Part shown: piece by piece, positions 30,352 to 40,156 of the stretch
How the letters are laid out: each line of letters begins with the position of its first letter
Position numbering within the stretch: the stretch's first letter is position 1
Virus record (IMG/VR): IMGVR_UViG_3300027704_000008
Span: 32,001 to 96,000 of that record
Source of the DNA: a virus
Reading direction: 5' to 3' (one strand)
DNA: 64,000 nt
The notes under the pieces: model-generated
Told to the model about the DNA's origin: nothing
The model's input: only the letters and a program-made list of their open reading frames with translations
The model's database searches: none
Translations under genes and position numbers: made by a program

Positions 30352-30618
30352 ATGAAGTCGTTTAAAAAGTTTACTGAAGCAACGTATCAAGGTAAAAAGG
30401 TTGCGCTGAATAAGCCGAGTGCGGGTGACGTCAAAAAGTCTAAAGTGTTTGTTGACCCGGATGGTGATGGTACGGCGCAGAAGGTAAATTTTGGTGATAA
30501 AAACATGACCATTAAGAAAAACATCCCCTCAAGAAAAAAATCATTCCACGCAAGACACAAGTGTGATACAGCAAAGGATAAAACTACACCAAGATATTGG
30601 AGCTGTAAGGCTTGGTAG
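30352..30618 (+). CDS. small basic protein (DUF6321-like), probable internal head protein
   Basis: KV.FGD..M......RKKSF.ARH.C......PRYWSC motif; N-terminal MKSFKKFTE-A. Confidence 0.7.
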   Translation: MKSFKKFTEATYQGKKVALNKPSAGDVKKSKVFVDPDGDGTAQKVNFGDKNMTIKKNIPSRKKSFHARHKCDTAKDKTTPRYWSCKAW

Positions 30619-30636
30619 CAATACACTATATATTAT

Positions 30637-32262
30637 ATGCGCAATGATAACAGAAGTGAATCATATAACGGCAATGCCAATATTAAGAAAGAAGGTATAG
30701 AGCAATCCTATACTCAATCTCAGCTGACTGAATATCTCAAGTGTTCCAACGATCCCAAGTACTTTGCTCAAACATACATTAAGGTTATACATCCTGATCA
30801 CGGATTAGTTCCTTTCGATCTATACGATTATCAGAAAGAAATGTTTGATCATTTCAATAATAATTTATTTAATATTGTATTGGCTTGTCGTCAGTCAGGT
30901 AAGTCTATTAGCTCGTGTGCATATCTGTTATGGTATTGCTGCTTTCACTCAGATAAATATGTGGCAATTCTTGCCAACAAGCACGCGACTGCGAAGGAGA
31001 TGTTATCTCGTATAACATTGATGCTCGAAAACTTACCATTCTTTTTGCAACCAGGATGTAAAACTCTCAATAAAAATAGTATTGAGTTTGATAATGAGAC
31101 CACATTAATGGCAGCGGCCACATCCAAGAGTTCCATTCGTGGATTCACAATCAACCTTTTATATCTAGATGAGTTTGCTTTTGTTGAAGACGCAGCTACG
31201 TTCTATACCTCAACGTATCCTGTAATTACAGCCGGCGTGAACTCAAGAGTGATTATTACATCTACGGCCAATGGTATCGGTAATATGTTTCACAGGCTAT
31301 GGACGTCATCGATACAGAAAACCAATACGTATGAACCGTTCAGGGTTGATTGGTGGGATGTTCCTGGGCGAGATGAGGCTTGGAAAGATCGTACAATAGC
31401 CAACACCAGCCAATTACAATTTGACCAAGAATATGGCAATACGTTCTTTGGCACGGGTCATTCGTTGATTAATGCACAGACTCTTATGGGTCTACGAGCC
31501 CAATCCCCAATCGAAGAACGCGAAGGTGGGTTATTTAGAATATATAATCTGCCAACAAGTAATCACGAATATATGCTATTTGCTGATGTCAGCAAAGGAA
31601 GAGGCCAGGACTATTCTACCTTTTCGGTAATCGATATTTCTAGCAGACCCTTTAAACAGGTCGCTGTATATCGCAACAATACTATTTCTCCAATACTCTT
31701 TCCTGATGTTATCTATAAGTATGCGAAATTGTATAATAACGCATATGTGGTAATTGAAGCAAACGATCAAGGAGCTCTAGTGGCAAATGGTTTATATTAC
31801 GATCACGAATATGAAGAATTGCATCAAACTCACAATAAGTCGGGAAAGGCTTCTCACTTGGGTGTGGAGATAAACAGGAAGATTAAGCGCATCGGTTGTT
31901 CTGGGTTTAAGGATGTGTTAGAGTCAGGAAGACTTGATATTGTCGACGAGCACACTATCATGGAGGTGTCTACGTTTGAGGCTAAAGGGCAGTCGTTTGA
32001 GGCTTCTGATAATAACCATGACGACATTGTGATGAACCTTGTGTTGTTTGGATATATAATTACAACAATGAAATTTGCTGAGATGACTGACATCAATATC
32101 AAGGAAGTTATGTATAAGCAGCGTATGGCAGAGATTGAGAATGATGTCCCATCGTGGGGATTCCATAGCGATGGGTTGGAAGACGCTTCCAATCTTGATT
32201 TATCGGACTCGTGGTCGGTCAAAGATGCCGAGGATGTGCCCGGAGGTTGGTGGTCTAAATAA
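30637..32262 (+). CDS. gp17 terminase large subunit
   Basis: RQSGKS Walker A, LYLDEFAFV Walker B, ITSTANG, DVSKGRGQDYS, HDD.VM. Confidence 0.95.
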   Translation: MRNDNRSESYNGNANIKKEGIEQSYTQSQLTEYLKCSNDPKYFAQTYIKVIHPDHGLVPFDLYDYQKEMFDHFNNNLFNIVLACRQSGKSISSCAYLLWYCCFHSDKYVAILANKHATAKEMLSRITLMLENLPFFLQPGCKTLNKNSIEFDNETTLMAAATSKSSIRGFTINLLYLDEFAFVEDAATFYTSTYPVITAGVNSRVIITSTANGIGNMFHRLWTSSIQKTNTYEPFRVDWWDVPGRDEAWKDRTIANTSQLQFDQEYGNTFFGTGHSLINAQTLMGLRAQSPIEEREGGLFRIYNLPTSNHEYMLFADVSKGRGQDYSTFSVIDISSRPFKQVAVYRNNTISPILFPDVIYKYAKLYNNAYVVIEANDQGALVANGLYYDHEYEELHQTHNKSGKASHLGVEINRKIKRIGCSGFKDVLESGRLDIVDEHTIMEVSTFEAKGQSFEASDNNHDDIVMNLVLFGYIITTMKFAEMTDINIKEVMYKQRMAEIENDVPSWGFHSDGLEDASNLDLSDSWSVKDAEDVPGGWWSK

Positions 32263-32269
32263 CCTAATT

Positions 32270-32277
32270 TATAAATA
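32270..32277 (+). promoter_or_regulatory. T4-type late promoter
   Basis: TATAAATA upstream of gp18. Confidence 0.8.
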
Positions 32278-32287
32278 ATGTTATTGA

Positions 32288-32305
32288 ATATCCGTATACG
32301 GATAT
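32288..32305. repeat. perfect 18-bp palindrome in the gp18 leader
   Basis: ATATCCGTATACGGATAT. Confidence 0.85.
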
Positions 32306-32348
32306 GTCCGTATTATGCGAATCTTATAATTAGAGAAGGAAAATAAAA

Positions 32349-34139
32349 ATGGCTAAGTCAGCTTCTCCTGCAGTCACCACAACAGAGATAGATCTCACTA
32401 GTGTCGTCCCTAGTGTTCAATCCTCTACTGGTGCCATGGTAGGCAATTTTAGATGGGGGCCTGTTGATCAGCCCATATTAGTGGGTAACGCAGAAACTCT
32501 CGTAGAGACCTTCGGCAACCCAGCAGATGACACATCAGCAGTTGATTTTTTATCTGCTTCGCAATTTCTGCGATATGCAAGTACGTTATACGTAACAAGA
32601 TCAGTAACATCTGCGGCAAAAAACGCGACGGCAAGAACTGATCCTCAAGGCGGGTCGTTTATAATCAAAAACGATGCAGCATATGACCTTTCTTATCCGG
32701 GAGCTTTTGGTGCTGACAGTGCAGACCAATATACTGGTATGTTCTTTGCTAAGCATGCTGGTGCGTTGGGAAATAGTATTAAGGTCTCTATCGGTGCTGC
32801 TTTGGTCGATGCGAGTACCGCTACTGCAGCGAATAATGCTTGGAATTATGGATCTTTATTTCCTGAGGCGCCAGGTACCAGTAAATTTGCGGCCGATCGG
32901 GGTGCATCTCGCGATGAGGTCCACGTCGTAGTTGTAGATGTAGATGGGAAATTTACAGGAACCCTTGGTGCCGTACTAGAGACCTACAGCTTCTTATCTG
33001 TAGCTCCCGGTGCTAAGACCACAGATGGTGGAAATAATTACCTACCTGATGTTATTAATTCAGCTAGTAATTATATCCGATTTGGACATTACGACACAAC
33101 TTTTGCTCCTACAGGAACCTATTGGGGAGTCGAATCCACCGTTGCGGTGCCCCGAAATTACAGTACTGGGTCGGTAGCAGCAGTTTCGACACTCAACGCC
33201 ACTTCATCCCTATCATTTGTTGGTGGAGCCGACAGTGGTGCACTAGAGGATTCAGATCTGGTCGGTGCTAGCGGCTCAAATGCAGTATATACTGATGCCG
33301 AAACAATTACAGTTGATTTTCTAATTGCGCCCGGAATGTCTGCCACAATAGATCATAAAGCAGTTGTGGCCGATTTGTTAGCAATAGCAACCGCTCGTAA
33401 AGACTGTGTTGTTGTAGCATCCCCTAGCCGAGCATCAGTCGTAAATAATTCTGATCCGGTTACTGCTACCATAACAGAGTTTTCAGAGATGTCTTCATCG
33501 TACTTGTTCGTGGAGAATAATTACCTTAAGGTATTTGATGCCCAGAACGATAAATTTATATTCATACCTGCCGCATCTTCCACAGCTGGTATCATGGCCG
33601 CGTCTGATTTGGGTCAGGGTCCATGGTTCTCCCCTGCTGGACAGAAACGGGGCCAGTACCTCAACATAGTTGGTTTGGCTTATAGCGCTACTAAGGTACA
33701 ACGCGACTTGCTTTACAATGCTGGGATTAACCCAGTAGTTAACCTACCTGGCCGTGGGGTTATGTTGTTTGGTGACAAGACTAAAGAAACTCGACCCAGT
33801 GCATTTGACCGCATTAACGTGCGACGATTGTTCTTGGTAGTTGAACGATCAATTAGTCTGGCAGCCCGTAACGTTATGTTTGAATTCAACGACGAGTTTA
33901 CTCGAGCCGAATTCGTAAATATTATAGAACCATTCCTGAGAGAAATCAAAGGACGTCGAGGAATCACTGAGTTTTATGTACAGTGTGATGTGACAAACAA
34001 TACGCCTGCAGTCGTTGACCGCAATGAATTAATCGCCACAGTCTTCATCAAGCCAGCCCGTTCAATTAACTTCATAACACTTAATTTTGTTGCAGTTAGA
34101 ACCGGCGTTGACTTCGAAGAAGTAGTTGGCACAGTATAA
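32349..34139 (+). CDS. gp18 tail sheath
   Basis: SP.V...EIDL, F.WGP, WFSPAG..RG, FDRINVRRLF, FEFNDEFTR, IKPARSINFI.LNF. Confidence 0.95.
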   Translation: MAKSASPAVTTTEIDLTSVVPSVQSSTGAMVGNFRWGPVDQPILVGNAETLVETFGNPADDTSAVDFLSASQFLRYASTLYVTRSVTSAAKNATARTDPQGGSFIIKNDAAYDLSYPGAFGADSADQYTGMFFAKHAGALGNSIKVSIGAALVDASTATAANNAWNYGSLFPEAPGTSKFAADRGASRDEVHVVVVDVDGKFTGTLGAVLETYSFLSVAPGAKTTDGGNNYLPDVINSASNYIRFGHYDTTFAPTGTYWGVESTVAVPRNYSTGSVAAVSTLNATSSLSFVGGADSGALEDSDLVGASGSNAVYTDAETITVDFLIAPGMSATIDHKAVVADLLAIATARKDCVVVASPSRASVVNNSDPVTATITEFSEMSSSYLFVENNYLKVFDAQNDKFIFIPAASSTAGIMAASDLGQGPWFSPAGQKRGQYLNIVGLAYSATKVQRDLLYNAGINPVVNLPGRGVMLFGDKTKETRPSAFDRINVRRLFLVVERSISLAARNVMFEFNDEFTRAEFVNIIEPFLREIKGRRGITEFYVQCDVTNNTPAVVDRNELIATVFIKPARSINFITLNFVAVRTGVDFEEVVGTV

Positions 34140-34168
34140 TTAGCGCTGCTAAAAGGAGAATATAACAA

Positions 34169-34696
34169 ATGGCTATTCTAGGCGTAGATGATTTTAAAGC
34201 TAAACTGAAAGGTGGCGGTGCTAGGCCAACGCTTTTCAAATGCACAATCGGTTTCCCGTTGTATGCTAATGGTGATGTTGAACTAACATCATTCATGTGC
34301 AAGGCTGCAAACCTACCCGCATCAAACTCAAGCTTCATCCCAATCGGATTCCGCGGCCGTCAGCTAAAAATTGCTGGCGATCGCACATTCGATCCATGGA
34401 CCATTACGGTTATCAACGATACAGATTTTTCTGTTCGTGATTCAATGGAACGTTGGATGAACGGTATTAATGCTCACCAAGCAAATACCGGTTTGACTAA
34501 TCCTCAAGATTATATGGCCGACATGCAAGTCGATCAGTATGACAAGGATGAGTCAATTATCAAGAGGTATAATATGCGTGGTGCGTTCCCAACCCAAATT
34601 TCTGAAATTGCTCTGAGTTATGACACTACAGACACAATTGAAGAATTCACGGTTGAGTTCCAGCTGCAGTACTGGGACAGCAACACAACCAGTTAA
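34169..34696 (+). CDS. gp19 tail tube
   Basis: GGARP.LF, CKAA.LP, FRGR.LK.AGDRTF..WT.TV.ND, IEEF.VEF. Confidence 0.95.
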   Translation: MAILGVDDFKAKLKGGGARPTLFKCTIGFPLYANGDVELTSFMCKAANLPASNSSFIPIGFRGRQLKIAGDRTFDPWTITVINDTDFSVRDSMERWMNGINAHQANTGLTNPQDYMADMQVDQYDKDESIIKRYNMRGAFPTQISEIALSYDTTDTIEEFTVEFQLQYWDSNTTS

Positions 34697-34714
34697 CCTG
34701 GTGGTTATAAGTGA

Positions 34715-34744
34715 TCTAAATAGAAGGGTCCTTCGGGACCCTTC
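34715..34744 (+). promoter_or_regulatory. variant late promoter followed by a cUUCGg hairpin (5' stabiliser or weak terminator) before the portal gene
   Basis: TCTAAATA then GAAGGGTCC-TTCG-GGACCCTTC with no U tract. Confidence 0.6.
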
Positions 34745-34765
34745 GTATTAATAATAGGAACATCC

Positions 34766-36373
34766 ATGGCAGAAGAAGAAAAGAAAGCGCTCAACTTGTT
34801 TGGGTTTGAAATTACTCGTTCTAAGAAGTCTATACAGAATGACGACAACCTACCTTCCATAGTTCCTCCTACCGAAGAAGAAGGATCCGGCTTAGTAACA
34901 GCTGCCGGAGCTCACCTGGGCCACTACATCGATGTTGATGGTGGTGCCGCAAATTCAAAGGATAACCGGGCACTGATCAACAGCTACCGCGGTATATCTC
35001 AACACCCCGAAATAGATACAGCAGTCGAAGAGATTGTCAATGAAGCTATTATTGTGGGTGACAATAAGTCTACTGTCGAAATCAATCTTGAAGATATGCA
35101 GATTTCGGCGTCACTCAAGAAGAAGATAACTCTTGAGTTCGAGCATATTAACAACATGCTAAACTTCAACGCTATGGGCCACGACATTTTCAGATCGTGG
35201 TACGTTGACGGTCGCATATTCCATCACCTAGTACTGGATCCTAAGAAGCCTAAAGAAGGCATTAAGGAAATGCGGTATATTGATTCATGTTGTATCCGCA
35301 AGGTAAAACAAGTGAAGTACGACAAAGATCCTCAGTCTGGTGTAAAGACGGTAAAGGGTGTAGATGAGTTCTTTATTTATGAAGAGAAGACAAAGGGTGT
35401 CGGCGTTGGGTCGGCCAACGACTCCGTCAAGCTGACTCCTGAGAGCGTTAGCTATGTTACATCCGGACTGTTGAGTGATGACCGCAAGCAAGTGGTATCA
35501 TACTTGCATAAGGCTTTAAAACCCGTTAATCAGCTACGTATGATGGAAGACAGTCTGGTAATATACAGACTGGCTCGCGCACCAGAACGCCGTATATTCT
35601 ACATTGACGTCGGTTCGCTGCCTAAAGGTAAAGCTGATGCCTATATGAAAGATATCATGTCGCGCTACCGCAACAAGCTGGTGTATGATGCTAACACCGG
35701 ACATCTAAAAGATGATCGCAAGCATATGTCCATGCTCGAAGATTTCTGGTTGCCACGTCGTGAAGGTGGAAGAGGAACTGAGATTACTACCCTCCCCGGA
35801 GGAGAAAATCTTGGACAGATCGATGATATTCTATACTTTCAAAAGCGGTTGTATCGTTCATTGAACGTGCCCATTGGTCGCTTAGAAACAGAAAATCAGT
35901 TTTCTCTTGGTAGATCGTCAGAGATCTCTCGTGAAGAGTTAAATTTCCAAAAATTCGTTGACCGTTTACGCAATCGCTTTGCCGGCATCTTTATCAAGAC
36001 TCTCAAGAAGCAGCTAATCCTAAAGGGTATTTGCACTGAAGAAGACTGGGAAGATTGGAAGAATCATATCCACATAGATTTTATGAAGGACAACCACTTC
36101 ACCGAACTAGCTGAAGCTGAGATGTGGAGAGACCGCTTGTCCACGCTAGATCAGGCATGGAATTACGCCGGGGAGCTGTTTAGTAAAGAATGGATTATGA
36201 AAGAAGTTCTTAAAATGAGCGAGAACGAATACGCTGATATGCAAAAGCAGATGGCTAAGGAAAAGGATGCTGGAGAGGGTACGGAAGAGGATCCCAATTC
36301 ACAAGACCAAGACGTAGCTTCCAGTGACGGTGCACCTGAGCCGGATCAAGAGTCGCCTCCCAAAGACACCTAA
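34766..36373 (+). CDS. gp20 portal protein
   Basis: WYVDGR, LRMMEDSLVIYR..RAPERRIFYIDVG, EDFWLPRREGGRGTEITTLPGG. Confidence 0.96.
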   Translation: MAEEEKKALNLFGFEITRSKKSIQNDDNLPSIVPPTEEEGSGLVTAAGAHLGHYIDVDGGAANSKDNRALINSYRGISQHPEIDTAVEEIVNEAIIVGDNKSTVEINLEDMQISASLKKKITLEFEHINNMLNFNAMGHDIFRSWYVDGRIFHHLVLDPKKPKEGIKEMRYIDSCCIRKVKQVKYDKDPQSGVKTVKGVDEFFIYEEKTKGVGVGSANDSVKLTPESVSYVTSGLLSDDRKQVVSYLHKALKPVNQLRMMEDSLVIYRLARAPERRIFYIDVGSLPKGKADAYMKDIMSRYRNKLVYDANTGHLKDDRKHMSMLEDFWLPRREGGRGTEITTLPGGENLGQIDDILYFQKRLYRSLNVPIGRLETENQFSLGRSSEISREELNFQKFVDRLRNRFAGIFIKTLKKQLILKGICTEEDWEDWKNHIHIDFMKDNHFTELAEAEMWRDRLSTLDQAWNYAGELFSKEWIMKEVLKMSENEYADMQKQMAKEKDAGEGTEEDPNSQDQDVASSDGAPEPDQESPPKDT

Positions 36374-36562
36374 TTGTTGGGATTAGACCCCGAGCAATAT
36401 CGGGCTCTAATGATAGCACAACTGAAGCTGCAATTGCTTACCAACTTTCCCAACCGACCAAAATCACCACATACAGCACCCATATATAACTCAGGTGAAA
36501 TGATAACGACTCCGAATAGTGATTCGGATGATAATGAAAGTGCCATTCGGGCACCACAATAG
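36374..36562 (+). CDS. possible small protein, in frame with the portal stop
   Basis: 62-aa open frame filling the gp20-gp67 gap; TTG start without a clear SD. Confidence 0.35.
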   Translation: MLGLDPEQYRALMIAQLKLQLLTNFPNRPKSPHTAPIYNSGEMITTPNSDSDDNESAIRAPQ

Positions 36563-36572
36563 GAGATAGATT

Positions 36573-36818
36573 ATGTCAGGAATTGATGACATTATAGTTA
36601 ACACAATTAATAAAGATTTTGCGCAGGCCAACAATGATTTCAATGATATCATGCTGGATAAAATGAACGATCGCCTTGATGCTCAACGTGCATCGATAGC
36701 TCAGCAGATGGCTGGCCAAGTGTCGCCACCCGACGAATTAGATAATGATGCTTATGAAATCACAAACGATGACATAGAAGATCAATCTGAGGAGCCCGAA
36801 GAAGAGTCTGAAGAATAA
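36573..36818 (+). CDS. gp67-like prohead core protein
   Basis: Small acidic protein after portal; A...F...M..K....L.......A pattern; AGGAG SD. Confidence 0.7.
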   Translation: MSGIDDIIVNTINKDFAQANNDFNDIMLDKMNDRLDAQRASIAQQMAGQVSPPDELDNDAYEITNDDIEDQSEEPEEESEE

Positions 36819-36841
36819 TGGTCACTCTAAAATATAATCCT

Positions 36842-36849
36842 TATAAATA
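36842..36849 (+). promoter_or_regulatory. T4-type late promoter
   Basis: TATAAATA. Confidence 0.8.
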
Positions 36850-36863
36850 ATCTTAAAACTATT

Positions 36864-37052
36864 ATGAAATCATTTCAAGAAATTAGGGAAGCCGCTTCTT
36901 ACTCCAAGAGAGTGAAAGGTATAGTAACTACCGTCTCTAAGAAGGGTAATAGGTTTGTTGCTACTATTGACGGCGATAGGTTAGACGACTATAAAACCGA
37001 GAAAGAAGCAATAAAGATGATCGACGCTTTTATGAAAAATTACAAAGGGTAA
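36864..37052 (+). CDS. small prohead core / internal protein (gp68 position)
   Basis: MKSFQEIRE-A N-terminus; directly upstream of gp21. Confidence 0.65.
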   Translation: MKSFQEIREAASYSKRVKGIVTTVSKKGNRFVATIDGDRLDDYKTEKEAIKMIDAFMKNYKG

Positions 37053-37055
37053 ACC

Positions 37056-37718
37056 ATGAAGCTAATTTCAGAATTCAGTGAGACTAATCTAGAAGTTCTA
37101 ACTGAAGCTAAGAAGGACGGTACCAAATCTTACGCTATAGAGGGTGTATTTGCCCAAGCGGAAGCTAAAAACCGTAATGGTAGGATTTACCCTAAAAAAA
37201 TAATGGAATCGGCTGTTCACAAGTATGTAACAGATCAGGTAAAAACAGGACGAGCTGTGGGTGAGTTAAATCATCCAGAAGGACCCACAGTAAATCTTGA
37301 TAAAGTTTCTCACCTTATTACCGACCTTCACTGGGAAGGTAATAATGTAGTAGGAAAGGCATCAATCCTAGGAACTCCTATGGGCGAAATTGTAAAAGGT
37401 TTGCTCGAAGGTGGTGTTAGGTTGGGTGTATCAACTCGTGGTATGGGTAGCCTTGAGCAGCGTGAAAGCGCTATGTATGTAGGAGAAGACTTTGTTCTCA
37501 GTACGATAGATATCGTACAAGATCCATCGGCACATGAAGCATTCGTAAATGGAATTATGGAAGGTGTGGATTGGATTTGGAACAACGGAATCTTACAAGC
37601 TCAAGTCATTGAAAAAATGGAGACTGAAATACGAAACGCTCCTCGCAAAGGCCTTTATGAGGTTCAAACGCGTGAGTTCAAGAATTTCCTCTCGTCGCTT
37701 AAATCTAAAACATTTTAA
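37056..37718 (+). CDS. gp21 prohead protease
   Basis: IEG.F.QAE.KNRNGR.Y, GEL.HP, LGVS.RGMGS, DIV.DPSA..AFV. Confidence 0.95.
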   Translation: MKLISEFSETNLEVLTEAKKDGTKSYAIEGVFAQAEAKNRNGRIYPKKIMESAVHKYVTDQVKTGRAVGELNHPEGPTVNLDKVSHLITDLHWEGNNVVGKASILGTPMGEIVKGLLEGGVRLGVSTRGMGSLEQRESAMYVGEDFVLSTIDIVQDPSAHEAFVNGIMEGVDWIWNNGILQAQVIEKMETEIRNAPRKGLYEVQTREFKNFLSSLKSKTF

Positions 37719-37730
37719 CAGGAGTCCTCT

Positions 37731-38777
37731 ATGGATTACGAAAACCAAGAAGAGCTCCACGATGACGAAAACGACATGGTGGAAACAGAAGAAGCATTTG
37801 ACGGCGCTAATGCCGAAGCAGATGCCGTAGCGTCAGTCGCAAAGACTAATAGCACTAAGCAAGCTCCGGCTCGCAAAGGTGACAAGAAGAACGGTGAAGC
37901 ACCCAAAAATGCGGGCGCTAAAATTGGAGCAATGTATGACAAAATGAAGACTCTTTCGAAGGAAGAGTTGGAAGTTGCATACGAATTACTTATGAGAGAA
38001 GATTTCGTTGAAGCTAGCGAAATTGATGAGTCTGAATTTGACGTTGACGTTGATGTTGATTTCACTGAAGACCTTAACGCTCTTGTTGATTCTGAAGCTA
38101 CTCTTTCTGAGGAGTTTAAAGAAAAGACAGCTGTTATCTTTGAAGCTGCTATCAAGTCAAAGGTGAAAGAAGAAATCAATCGCCTTGAAGGAGAATATGA
38201 AACTTTGATTGAAGAAGAGACTCAAGCAATTCGTGAGTCCTTAGTTGATCAGGTAGATGGTTACCTTAATTATGCCGTTGAAACATGGATGCAGGAGAAT
38301 GAATTAGCAATTGCTGGTGGCCTTCGGTCCGAGATCGCAGAAAACTTTATGAAAGGATTCTTTGATCTTTGCCAGGAAAACTACATTGAAGTTCCTGAAT
38401 CTAAAGTCGATCTGGTTGATGAACTTGCAGAGCAAGTTGAAGGACTAGAAAGCCAATTGAGCACTTCAATTGACGAAATGATCGAGATGACTCAAGTTAT
38501 TGAGTCTATGTCCCGAGCAGCTATCGTCAGTGAAGCGTCTTATGACCTTGCCGACACCCAAGCAGAAAAGCTTGCCGGTCTTGTTGAAGAACTGGACTTT
38601 GACGACGCAGAAACTTTCCTTCAGAAAGTTCTCGTATGCAAAGAATCATACTTCGGTAAAAAGATCGTAGAAAGCGATTCTTCAATTGCAGAAGAGATGG
38701 ATTCTGGAGAGCCTGAAAAGGAAGTTTCTCCTTTAATGGATTCATACCTTACTGCAATCCGTAAAACACACAAATAG
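37731..38777 (+). CDS. gp22 prohead core scaffold
   Basis: Acidic; LSEEFK.K...IFEAA, VD.YL.Y.VE.WM.EN, KESYF, M..Y. Confidence 0.92.
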   Translation: MDYENQEELHDDENDMVETEEAFDGANAEADAVASVAKTNSTKQAPARKGDKKNGEAPKNAGAKIGAMYDKMKTLSKEELEVAYELLMREDFVEASEIDESEFDVDVDVDFTEDLNALVDSEATLSEEFKEKTAVIFEAAIKSKVKEEINRLEGEYETLIEEETQAIRESLVDQVDGYLNYAVETWMQENELAIAGGLRSEIAENFMKGFFDLCQENYIEVPESKVDLVDELAEQVEGLESQLSTSIDEMIEMTQVIESMSRAAIVSEASYDLADTQAEKLAGLVEELDFDDAETFLQKVLVCKESYFGKKIVESDSSIAEEMDSGEPEKEVSPLMDSYLTAIRKTHK

Positions 38778-38800
38778 TAAAACAATAAGGAGTTTCCACA

Positions 38801-40156
38801 ATGGAACAATCATACGATCAATTGATCGAAAAATGGAGCCCAGTGCTCAACGAAGAGTCAGCCGGAACTATCACTGACCGTCACCGTAGGTCGGTCACCG
38901 CTGTCCTTCTCGAAAACCAACAAATGGCAATGCAAGCGCAACGTGCTCAAGAGACTGGTTTCTTAACAGAAACTGCCCCCACAAATACTGGTAGCATCGG
39001 TACTTGGGATCCCGTCTTGATCAGCCTTGTTCGTCGTGCAATGCCTAATCTTATGGCATATGACGTTTGTGGCGTTCAGCCAATGACTGGACCTACTGGT
39101 CTGATCTTTGCGATGAAAGCTCGCTACGGCACATCTGCTTCAGCTAATGACGGTACTAACGAAGCTCTGTACGCAGAAGCTGATACATTCCACAGCTCTG
39201 ATTCAGCTGACGGTGTTGGCCAAGCTCTGGGAACTCTCGGTGCTTCAGGTTTATCCGGTGTAACTGATACAGATGGTGACAGCGACATTGGTGACCAACG
39301 AACTGGTCCCGTTTTTGGTAACGGAATGACTACTCCAACCGCTGAAGGCCTTGGCGCTGGAGCAGGTAACGATTTTGCCGAGATGGGTTTCTCAATCGAG
39401 AAGTCTTCTGTAGAAGCTAAGTCTCGTGCCCTGAAAGCTGAGTACTCACTTGAACTGGCACAAGATTTGAAAGCTATCCACGGTCTTGACGCTGAGACTG
39501 AATTGGCCAACATCTTGTCTACTGAGATCCTCGCGGAAATTAACCGTGAAGTTATCCGTACTATCAACAGCCAAGCTAAGACTGGTGCGAGTACAGCTAA
39601 TGTTGTTACAAATGGTATCTTCGACCTCAGCACTGATGCTGATGGCCGTTGGTCTGCTGAGAAGTTCAAAGGTCTTATGGTCCAATTGGATCGTGAATGT
39701 AACGTAGTTGCTAAAGAAACTCGTCGTGGTAAAGGTAACATCGCAATCGTCTCTTCTGACGTTGCTACTGCCTTGGCTGCTTCTGGTGCATTGGACTATG
39801 CTCCTGCTCTTAGCACTAAGTTAGATGTTGATGATACTGGCAACACTTTTGCTGGTGTTCTTAATGGTCGAATCAAGGTTTACATCGATCCCTATTCAAC
39901 TGCTGACTACGTCACTGTTGGTTATAAAGGTACTAACCCTTATGACGCTGGTGTATTCTACTGCCCTTACGTACCTCTTCAGATGGTTCGTGCTGTTGGC
40001 GAGAATGATTTCCAACCACGTATCGGGTTCAAGACTCGTTACGGTATGGCTTCAAACCCATTTGTTGGAACTACACGTCATGATCAGACTGGCTTGGCTG
40101 CTGCCAAGACTAACCAATATTATCGTATTTTTCGTGTGGACAACATCCTCACATAG
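38801..40156 (+). CDS. gp23 major capsid protein
   Basis: KW.PVL, LLENQ, DPVLISLVRR.MP, VQPMTGPTGLIFA, ELAQDLKA.HG.DA, FQP.IGFKTRYG. Confidence 0.97.
   Translation: MEQSYDQLIEKWSPVLNEESAGTITDRHRRSVTAVLLENQQMAMQAQRAQETGFLTETAPTNTGSIGTWDPVLISLVRRAMPNLMAYDVCGVQPMTGPTGLIFAMKARYGTSASANDGTNEALYAEADTFHSSDSADGVGQALGTLGASGLSGVTDTDGDSDIGDQRTGPVFGNGMTTPTAEGLGAGAGNDFAEMGFSIEKSSVEAKSRALKAEYSLELAQDLKAIHGLDAETELANILSTEILAEINREVIRTINSQAKTGASTANVVTNGIFDLSTDADGRWSAEKFKGLMVQLDRECNVVAKETRRGKGNIAIVSSDVATALAASGALDYAPALSTKLDVDDTGNTFAGVLNGRIKVYIDPYSTADYVTVGYKGTNPYDAGVFYCPYVPLQMVRAVGENDFQPRIGFKTRYGMASNPFVGTTRHDQTGLAAAKTNQYYRIFRVDNILT

Noticed and set aside
39124-39741. 205-aa antisense ORF within gp23, and similar long antisense ORFs in gp22, gp41, VrlC and the fibre gene
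   Set aside because: Shadow frames expected from biased sense-strand codon usage; no SD, promoter or motif
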